Source of the DNA: an uncultured Thermococci archaeon
GTDB taxonomy: Archaea > Methanobacteriota_B > Thermococci > Methanofastidiosales > B48-G16
Direction: 5' to 3'
Assembly (NCBI GenBank): GCA_964595645.1
Contig: CAZQQT010000003.1
Coordinates: forward strand, 1-64,000
DNA: 64,000 bases
In this document: piece by piece, positions 56,413 through 64,000 of the stretch
Layout of the letters: every line of letters begins with the position of its first letter
Numbering within the stretch: position 1 is the stretch's first letter
Translations under genes and position numbers: made by a program
The notes under the pieces: generated by a model
Database searches by the model: none
What the model saw: the letters and a program-made list of their open reading frames with translations, nothing else
Told to the model about the DNA's origin: nothing

Positions 56413-57489
56413 TCACCATTGTATCTCAAATTCAAAGTCATTTATCTCTACATCCCAACTTTCAGTACTCCCTTCGAATATAAACTTTGCATGTCCCTTT
56501 TCCATATCCAATGCACTAAAAATAACTACACCAGAAGCCTCAGTTCCAGATTTTATTTTTAAAGGGATTGTAGGATAATCTATATAAAGACTCCAATCGC
56601 TAAATTTTGTCTCAAATTGTCTATTTCCCTGTATAGCTACAGCATAAATATCGTAGAATGTTATTTCTTCGTTTCTCTCATTTTTTATTGTGAGATAAAC
56701 TCTTGTCTCGTCTTCTGCCAGTTCAACATAGTCTAAAGTCATTACGTATCCTTTATGATCCAGTGTTTCTCCTACGTTTACTCTCTCCATGGTTGGGGTC
56801 AGGAACTGTTTGGGATCGATTTTTGTAACGCTGTCTGCCGAAATGATCAAATCCCCCATTATATCCTTGCCTTCTATTGTACCTTCAACTCTCACAATTT
56901 CATCGTTTTTCGGTGTATATTCTCCCTCTGTATATACTGTAACACTTAGCCATGTATCATCTTTATCCGGATGGAAATAAAACCCGTACTTACCTTCTTC
57001 ACTCGTTTCTATACCTACTATGCCCATTAAATTGACTTTTGCCCCTTTATACTTTTCAGGGTTTTTAACTGCGGTGTTTCTTAAATTTTCATTTGTAATC
57101 AATTCGATAGGGGGAGATGGTGCAGCCGTTGTCGTTGGAGCAACTGTCGTTGTTGGTGCTGCTGTCGTTGTTGGTGCTGCTGTCGTTGTAGGTTCAGGTG
57201 TGGTGGTAGGAGCCTCTGTCTCTGCTGGTGTTGTCGTTGTTGTGGTACCATTTTCTTCGGTGGGAATACTCAAACACGTGCCAACAACAATTACAAGAGC
57301 AAACAATGTGATTAAAGCCCCTTTCTTCGTTTTGAAGAGGCTACTTAATATTTTTTTGATCGTGGATGTTTTTTGGTTACTTTCAGTCCTTTCTGTCTTC
57401 TCCTTAAAGTTGTATCCACAGTTTTCACAGTACAATGCATTCTCTTCATTTTCTGATCCGCATTGCGGACAAAACTTCTTCTCTCCCAT
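56413..57489 (-). CDS. zinc-ribbon / TM / Thr-Pro-stalk surface protein (family member 3)
   Basis: 358 aa. N-terminal CPQCGSENEENALYCENCGY, TM LITLFALVIVVGTCL, stalk TTTTTPAETEAPTTTPEPTTTAAPTTTAAPTTTVAPTTTAAPSPP, ~240-aa ectodomain ending FEFEIQW. Confidence 0.7.
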   Translation of the reverse strand: MGEKKFCPQCGSENEENALYCENCGYNFKEKTERTESNQKTSTIKKILSSLFKTKKGALITLFALVIVVGTCLSIPTEENGTTTTTTPAETEAPTTTPEPTTTAAPTTTAAPTTTVAPTTTAAPSPPIELITNENLRNTAVKNPEKYKGAKVNLMGIVGIETSEEGKYGFYFHPDKDDTWLSVTVYTEGEYTPKNDEIVRVEGTIEGKDIMGDLIISADSVTKIDPKQFLTPTMERVNVGETLDHKGYVMTLDYVELAEDETRVYLTIKNERNEEITFYDIYAVAIQGNRQFETKFSDWSLYIDYPTIPLKIKSGTEASGVVIFSALDMEKGHAKFIFEGSTESWDVEINDFEFEIQW

Positions 57490-57676
57490 ACATCTTGAAT
57501 GTCTCTTTTTTTATAAATAACTTTTCCCTCTTTCTGAAAGAAACGTTTATAAACTTCAACATCTCTGGAATATTGGAGGGTCTGGAGTGGTACTGTTTTC
57601 AAAGACCTCCCACACCCCTCTCCAGATCCTCCATATCCTCTTTTCAGGGTCCTATTCACTTTTGTTTTTCAACTGA

Positions 57677-58132
57677 TCAAAAGACTAAAATAAGTATGTC
57701 GAAAACAATGAAGAGCAATATAAAAGGTAAAAAAATCAAAAATACGAAGGATGCGATTGAAGGTGAGAGCAATCGAAAAATGAAAAATAAAAAAGATGAA
57801 ATAGATAATCCTGCAAAAAACAAAGCGCATACAAAGAAGATTTTACCTGAAAAAGTTACAAAATATTTTGAGTTTTCTATTTTGTCTCGAAAGAGTTTTT
57901 CTGTTTTAGAGGACGTTATATTTCTGTAAACCTCGAATAAAAGTACAGATAAACCAAAGAAAGAGGCAAAAAGGGCTATTATTTTTTCATTACTGAGTTC
58001 AATACGGATCATATCAGTAAATGTAGTTATAAAAATCAGAGAAAGAAGGAAAGAATACATTACTATGGCCTTGGCAATATATTCTTTTAATCCTTTCCTT
58101 TTTTCATTGTCCCTTGACTTTTTTTCCTTCAT
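57677..58132 (-). CDS. membrane protein (4 predicted TM)
   Basis: 151 aa, very hydrophobic, between the R-M gene and family member 3. Confidence 0.4.
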   Translation of the reverse strand: MKEKKSRDNEKRKGLKEYIAKAIVMYSFLLSLIFITTFTDMIRIELSNEKIIALFASFFGLSVLLFEVYRNITSSKTEKLFRDKIENSKYFVTFSGKIFFVCALFFAGLSISSFLFFIFRLLSPSIASFVFLIFLPFILLFIVFDILILVF

Positions 58133-58159
58133 CTAATCTTGGTACTCACTTAACAGCAT

Positions 58160-61100
58160 TTAGTAGTTATTTACTGTCTTTTCAATTGGTAGTACTACCT
58201 CGTTAGATTTAATTTTTTGAATCTGCTCCCTGATGTCATTGTCTTCTTTAATACTATTGAAAATTTCTTTTATCACAGCTAATTTTTCGTCTTCAGATTT
58301 TAAGTTTTCAATGCCTTTTAGATAGGGCTTAACCAATTCCATAAGAGTTGTTTCGAGTTTTTCTTCGAAGTAAAGCTCATAAATGAGAGAATCGATGATT
58401 TGCTCATCGATAAAACGAATGAGCTTTTCCTCTGAGCTTCGACGTTTTTCTGTTTCATTGAGAAAGAGCATATAGGTACAGAGGGTAATAAAAGGCTGTT
58501 GATTTTGGAGGGAGATTTTTTTAACTGGAAGTCTCTTGAAGTCATTAGGATAAAAGTAATACTCTATTCTATGCCTCCTAATTGTATTGAGATAAAACTT
58601 GGCGAATTTTGAGTTTAACACAGTTAGAATGTATTTGAGGTCAAAATTGGATGATATTTTCTCCAATTCATCTCTTGGCTTGTCAGTCCATTTCGTGATA
58701 CTCATAGTGATACTTCGGTTCGAAACAGACTTGAGACTTTCGTATCTCACCATCACATTGATACTATGGTTACATATTATTCCACTCTCATCATAGGTTC
58801 CATCTACCGTAGCTCCACGAATTATTTTGGGGTAGATATACAATTCAGGAAAAGTTGGCCTCCTAATTTTGGTAGGGCATCGTTCAGTATCCCATTCCAA
58901 GTATTTGGTTTTATTAATTGTGTACCTATCAATATATTTGGCCTCTACATAAGGCTTACTATTAATTCTTGTTTCAGTATCAGAAATTAGGTCGTCCTTT
59001 TTAAATTCGCCCTTAGCTTTTTTTTCATGAGCATTTAAAACCATACCAACACTTATAAAGCAGATATTTCCCAATAGCTCTGTATTTTTAAATGCGTCTT
59101 CAAAATCCATCGTGGGAGCTATTCTAAAAATCTTATTTATATCCTCAGATGGCTCAAGCTCTTCAATATTTCCAAAAGAATTAACATGCAAAATCCGCTC
59201 TGTCTTCTCTTCCTTTTCTTTATTTTCTACGATAAGTATAACATTTTCGACGCCCACTCCTCTGAAAATTTCAATATTTTCAAAAAAATCAACTTTTTTT
59301 AAATGATAATTTCCCAAAATAAATTTTTTACTCTTTTTAGCGAATTTTGAGGTATTAAATGACTTTGAAATTATGTATGAGAAAACTCCTCCCTCTGAGA
59401 TCGATTTTAGGCTTCTTTCAATGAAGGCAATGAAAAGATCCCATTTTTCATAAAACGTTTGGTATTCTCCTGTGTCCTCTAACACTTCTCTTAGTCTCTG
59501 ATATGTTTCGTCTTCGTTATCTGCCCGTACGTAGGGTGGATTTCCAATGATGATATCGAATCCTCTACCCTCTTGCGATTTTTTCGGATCGAAAACTTCA
59601 TAAAATTCAAATCCCCAGTGAAAAGGACTGAACTCATCAAATTCTTCTTGCGGAATCTTTATATCCTTAGATCTTAACGCTCTATAAAACTCTAAATCGA
59701 GTAATTCTCTTAATTTTTTGTCTATTTTTTCTATTCTTTTTCTCAAAGGTTTAAGTTCGCTATATTTTGCTTTTTTATACGTATGAACAAGGTTTTCTCT
59801 TTCTTCCAATAATTCATACAGTGAATTTTCCTTGGTCCAGTACTCTAAATTTGAGTGATCTCTATCTTGGAACTTACTGATATCCTTATACCCGACCAGA
59901 GTGTTCCCGCGTCTGAGATTATATTCTATATTTGGCAATGGCTTGATATCTTCTGGTTTATATGAATCTACAAGCCACAGTCATAACCGTAATTTTGTTA
60001 TTTCAATAGCATTAGGATTTATGTCTACGCCATACAAATTCTCTAAAAGAATTATTTTTTTAATAACAGAATCGGGATTTTTTATGTTCAGTTTATTAGA
60101 TATTTTTTTGATTAAATCGAATAATATATGAGCCGCTGCCAGTAAAAAGGCTCCAGAACCACAGGCATTATCACAAACGTTCAGTTTTAGTATGATTTTC
60201 TTCAAAATTTCATTTAAAGTTGTTTCATGAAGTATAAAGATTTCGTCAATGTTCTCAATCAACTCTGTCTCTTTATACTCCTTTTCTTCCTTCAAAAAAG
60301 TGTTTATCCTACCTATTAGACAAGAATAAATAGCATTTTCTGCAATATATCTTGTTATATACTTTGGCGTATAATAAGCACCCGTACCTTTCCTATCGGA
60401 AGCGGTCATCGCCCTTTCGAATATATAGCCCAATATCTCCGGATCTATTGAATCTCCATTGCCAAGAGACTCTTTATGTACAAACTTGAAACTATCCAAA
60501 AAATTGACCAGTTCTCTTAAAATTTCAGCCTTGATTCTGTAATTTGGATTTTTTTTCTCTACGTTCGTCTTGAGAAATAAACTCCCATTTAAGTATGGTA
60601 TGTCCTCGAAATTAGAGTCTATATCTACTCTTTCACTTTCTGGAGTATTCAAAACTCTAAAAAATAGTTGTTTTAATCGATCGTTCATGATATCTTGGTC
60701 TTGCTCAGCCAAATAGGCCAAAATATCTTTTTCGATAATCCCTTTCGATTGGAGAAATTTTATAAAGATCAATCGATCGACAATCACCTGAGCAACTTGC
60801 TCTCTACTTCCCAAATCCTCGATATTGAGGATATTCTGTATCAAACAGTCTTCTTCAGAGATCCGTTGTGTTTTATTCTCTCTATCTTTGTATCTCCCCC
60901 CATGCAACAAAGCGTTATACCATGCGTAAAATCTCTTTGTGATTTCCTCCTCTGTCTTATCAGAGATTACTCTTTCTTTTCCACGTAAAAAATCTTCAAT
61001 TTTTTCATGATCCTCTTTTAAATCAAGTTTTGCTGTTTCCTCACCATTTTTATCTATAAATATCCACGTCAATCCATCTGTAGCTATCCCAAACTCATAG

Positions 61101-61495
61101 TTATCTCTTACTTCGGCTAATCTGAATAATCCCTTTATCTGATTCACTGCACTATCCTTTCCTTTGTACAAATCGGCATTTATCGGTTTAACTTCTGCTA
61201 AAAACATTCTTCCTTCAGAATCTTTTATCCTATAATCCGCTTTTCGTATGGTACCCCTACTTGTTCTAAAATGCCTTTCTGGCAATACTTCCAAGTCTAA
61301 CAAGTTAAAGATTTTTTTAATGATAAATTTTTTAGTAAATTCTTCGGGGTCTATTTCCTCCTCTAAAAAAACAGACAAAAGCTTCCTTTTTTCTTCAAAA
61401 ACCCTTTTTCTTCCGTTAAGAGTCATCCTTTTTCGAATACCAGCTATAATACTTACAATAACATCGTTAGTTAATAGGCTATTTTTATTTTTCAT
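58160..61495 (-). pseudogene. Type IIG restriction-modification fusion enzyme (PD-(D/E)xK nuclease + gamma-class N6-adenine MTase + target-recognition region), interrupted by one in-frame TGA at 59981..59983
   Basis: Upstream part (61495..59984) has the nuclease motif ADYRIKDSEGRMFLAEVKP and MTase motif I CDNACGSGAFLLAA, ending ...NAIEITKLRL-TGA. The same frame continues LWLVDSYKPEDIKP-LPNIEYNLRRGNTLVGYKD ... with MTase motif IV IIGNPPYV and a ~500-aa C-terminal region. The two listed ORFs are in the same frame (all codon first positions = 1 mod 3). The second listed ORF merely restarts at a TTG. Confidence 0.7.
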
Positions 61496-61707
61496 ATACT
61501 CTCAACATCTATCATTTTTCAAATTTTTAAAAGTTTCCCTTATAGCAAACCAAAGTATTCGTATTTCAAAATTCACGTGTATATCAAAGTTTTATGTAGA
61601 GGTTTTGAAATTTTTTTATTTCTACTAATACTTTTTAAAAAATATTGATAAAATTTAACACTCAAATATTTCCCAAGGTCTCAAGGATTTCCATAGGACC
61701 GATCCTA

Positions 61708-61950
61708 AAGAAATTACTACATACCGTAGTAATTAGATACCGATCCCCTTTCAAGGAAAAATCAGTGAGATCTACAGGACAGAAACGGCTTTATTTACGA
61801 TTTAACTAACACTCATAAAATACATGAAAAAGAAGTATGTGAAAATCGCATGTTTTGGGCGTTTACCCTACCTATCACGCTTACGCATTTCTCAGGTTTC
61901 GCTTGTGTGGCAAGGTCTCCCTGGAAGTACTATGTTGTTACAGTTACTTG
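61708..61950 (-). repeat. IR-A copy 2 (inverted copy of 1291..1530)
   Basis: See IR-A copy 1. This copy carries an extra perfect palindrome AGTTACT-TG-AGTAACT at 61942..61957. Confidence 0.7.
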
Positions 61951-62347
61951 AGTAACTTAAATCTTAGATGGTATTTTTTTGTCAAAGATTGTCAGTAATT
62001 ATAAGACATTGGGATCGATACGCTCCAGTGAGGGGGCATACTTCTCTTTACAGTCCCTTTATTCAGAGGAAGGGAACTCTCCGATACGGGCATCTCACAG
62101 CATTCGGGGGCAGTATGCCCTTATTCATCGATACTTTGAGGCAAAGTGTTCAATATTGTAAAGTAGTACTCTTTCTCCAGAAGTGATTTTTTGTCAGTAA
62201 TAGCAGGTCTCAGTAATAGTTTACTTACAAATTAAGCATTTTGGTAGTTTTTTTCCATGGAATTTCAGAGTTTTTGTAAGTGGATTTGTCAGTGAACGAC
62301 CATTTTTGTAAGTTATTAGTAAGTTGTTTTACAAAGTTTGTACAATG

Positions 62348-63271
62348 TTATTCTAACTTTGGCACCATGGCAATGAGCTTTCTCACTACTACCCTGTCTG
62401 GAATCATCTCTCCATTGGGCCATGAGAACTTCCTCTCCACTCTCAGTGCAGGATAACTCGCCATGCGTTTACTGTACACGTTGATGGTATTGTTGTTCCC
62501 GCTGAGCTTCATTTTTATGTTCTCTATACGGTTTTTGTTAATGCCTATGTAATCTGCATTGAGTTCGAGTCTGTTGATACACGTCGATCTTGGGAGATTT
62601 TTGAGGAGCCTATAGAACTCCAAGATGGAGAGGGGATTTTCCGTACAGTGGAGGTAGGAGGTAACCGTCTCTTCTCCCCTGCTGTTCTCGGGAAGTTTTA
62701 CCTCTCGGTTTTGCCCGATCTCTACCCCGAAAAAGGTAGTATCTGTGAGGTGTTCGGGGGGGGGACTCACCCCCCATTCTTTCGTGGTATGGGTCATCAT
62801 GAGATTGTGGAATCCCAGTACTACATCTCCAGAGTGATAATGTTCTACATGCAGATCAAAGACGTGTAAGTACTGGTACATCCCATGGCCCCACGGAATC
62901 AGGAACCCTTCATCTCTTAACGCATATATGTACTTTCTTACCGTATTCTTGGAACGATTGAGATCTTTTGAAATTTCTTTGATAGTGAAAGCACTTTCCT
63001 TTTCTTTTATTTTTTTGAGGTACTTCTCCATGGTAACTGACTGTGTATTTCCAAAAATTTTTGTGAGGTCCTCTCGATCTCTTTCCTCCAGCATCTCGGG
63101 ATTGGTAACGATGCTTTCGGTTCCCCACGGATTTTCGAGATTGGATTCCCTTGTTACTGCCGAGTCACTCATCTTTGTTTCCTCCCACTTCAAGAACCGC
63201 CAGTGCCATGGCTCGTACGATGGGATCACCTGACTGAGCAAGTTTCTGGAGCCACTCCTTATTTTCTTCAT
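62348..63271 (-). CDS. hypothetical protein with winged-helix HTH
   Basis: 307 aa. Central FTIKEISKDLNRSKNTVRKYIYALRDEGFLI helix-turn-helix. Rest unassigned. Confidence 0.5.
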   Translation of the reverse strand: MKKIRSGSRNLLSQVIPSYEPWHWRFLKWEETKMSDSAVTRESNLENPWGTESIVTNPEMLEERDREDLTKIFGNTQSVTMEKYLKKIKEKESAFTIKEISKDLNRSKNTVRKYIYALRDEGFLIPWGHGMYQYLHVFDLHVEHYHSGDVVLGFHNLMMTHTTKEWGVSPPPEHLTDTTFFGVEIGQNREVKLPENSRGEETVTSYLHCTENPLSILEFYRLLKNLPRSTCINRLELNADYIGINKNRIENIKMKLSGNNNTINVYSKRMASYPALRVERKFSWPNGEMIPDRVVVRKLIAMVPKLE

Positions 63272-63438
63272 AGTACTTTTTAATAGATTTCATAAAACTA
63301 ATTTTAGCCCTTTATTTAAATAATATATAGATTATTAAACTATTTTTGGAAATTGAACAGGTTTAATCAAGTGATCTAATTAAACCGATAGCTTGAAGGA
63401 TCGAAAGATTAATAATTACAAGAGAAAACTTTTGTTAA

Positions 63439-64000
63439 GTGGTTTATTTGAATGAGAGAGACACCCCACAGCATGAACAATATATTGAAAATTTCTTCGA
63501 TACATCAGACCAAAGAAAAATTGGAGGATACATTGGTAAGGTCAACGTTTTGATTAGCATAAAAAAGTTTTATGAGAAAAAAGGAAAATGGCCTGTACAA
63601 AAAGAATTGAGTGAGATGGCCGGAATCGAAAAGAGCACGATCTCTAATATTGTAAAGGAACTCCATAACAACGAACTCATAAAAAGGAGCCCTCGACCCA
63701 GTGGAGGTCTTTATTGCTGTATCTTATCTTCCTTTCTATCTAACTTTCGAGCTATTGAGGACCTCATAACATTCTCATTTAACCAAAAACGATATGGATT
63801 AATTTATGGTCTCATTAAATATTTTGATTACGTGGAACTCTTGAGTGAGTTTTATGACAAAAGTGATCGGGGGAGGGAAGAGTTCATTCACAGGATCCCC
63901 GATGAACTTTTTGACATTGCCCCAGTTGCCGAGTTACTTTCTGAGAAGATCTGCTCCAGTAAGGGATTCAGAGAGGAGTGTACTCGGTTATGTGAGTTTC
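63439..64000 (+). CDS. partial ORF running off the window end; HTH (MarR/ArsR-like) protein
   Basis: Open frame from the TAA at 63436..63438 to the window end with no stop. Candidate GTG/TTG starts at 63439/63448 and an internal ATG at 63605. The ORF contains an HTH segment: SEMAGIEKSTISNIVKELHNNELIKRS. Absent from the ORF track because it lacks a stop within the window. Confidence 0.35.
   Translation, partial: MVYLNERDTPQHEQYIENFFDTSDQRKIGGYIGKVNVLISIKKFYEKKGKWPVQKELSEMAGIEKSTISNIVKELHNNELIKRSPRPSGGLYCCILSSFLSNFRAIEDLITFSFNQKRYGLIYGLIKYFDYVELLSEFYDKSDRGREEFIHRIPDELFDIAPVAELLSEKICSSKGFREECTRLCEF

Noticed and set aside
57020-57520. 166-aa plus-strand ORF with GAAVVVGAAVVVG repeats
   Set aside because: Antisense translation of the Thr-Pro stalk (ACN/CCN codons) of the 56413..57489 gene.
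59938-59983. TGA at 59981..59983 as a recoded codon (Sec or Gly) rather than a stop
   Set aside because: TGA terminates other genes here (the Cys-tail protein and the ferredoxin). No SECIS-like hairpin was noticed, and the organism appears archaeal with the standard code. Treated as a nonsense mutation or sequencing error.

Overview
This window reads as an archaeal chromosomal segment of roughly 40-48% GC. Archaeal marker genes present: ABCE1 (ribosome recycling ATPase), a Nog1-type GTPase, archaemetzincin, NreA, an AlaX-L editing protein, an NFACT/RqcH homolog and a membrane H+-pyrophosphatase. Two tRNAs: tRNA-Leu(CAA) on the minus strand at about 2.9 kb and tRNA-Glu(UUC) on the plus strand at about 52.1 kb. 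No CRISPR array, integrase or transposase was seen. TGA works as a normal stop codon (two genes end with it). Many genes are translationally coupled through strong Shine-Dalgarno sites that lie inside the 3' codons of the upstream gene.

The window has four parts:
1. 0.3-26 kb: mostly housekeeping. Genes include 3-methyladenine glycosylase, malic enzyme, an MTA/SAH-deaminase-type amidohydrolase, H+-PPase, RqcH, ABCE1, Trm112, an ECF transporter (ecfA1, ecfA2, ecfT), a macro-domain protein, Nog1, UspA, archaemetzincin, NreA and a CorC-family protein.
2. 26.5-33.7 kb: an accessory cluster dense in zinc-ribbon proteins. Its core is a tightly packed minus-strand five-gene operon. In transcription order it encodes a membrane protein ending in a (Cys-Ala)n repeat tail, a radical SAM/SPASM enzyme with an N-terminal PqqD-like recognition domain (its start overlaps the previous stop as ATGA), a coiled-coil protein, an SPFH (Band_7_1) protein with a double zinc ribbon, and a further zinc-ribbon protein. 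A divergently transcribed pair of HEAT-repeat/zinc-ribbon proteins sits next to it. This is the strongest candidate for an undescribed system in the window.
3. 36.4-48.4 kb: a lower-GC catabolic-looking island. It holds a sodium:solute symporter with a small unlisted 52-aa membrane ORF just upstream, a 4Fe-4S ferredoxin plus tungsten-type aldehyde:ferredoxin oxidoreductase, an Asp/Glu/hydantoin-racemase-like protein, an M29-like protein, an M20 peptidase, an ornithine-cyclodeaminase/mu-crystallin-like protein, a DUF1177-like protein, a HAD phosphatase and an Lrp/AsnC regulator.
4. 52.1-64 kb: a low-GC island directly downstream of tRNA-Glu. It carries a large hypothetical protein with a PIN-like motif and C-terminal transmembrane helices, two more members of a zinc-ribbon/TM/Thr-Pro-stalk surface-protein family, and a Type IIG restriction-modification fusion gene interrupted by one in-frame TGA.

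Two inverted-repeat pairs span almost the whole window. IR-A is an about 240-bp noncoding element, roughly 80% identical between copies, with a conserved hairpin. IR-B is an about 207-bp near-identical copy of the promoter-proximal region plus N-terminal coding module of the surface-protein family.
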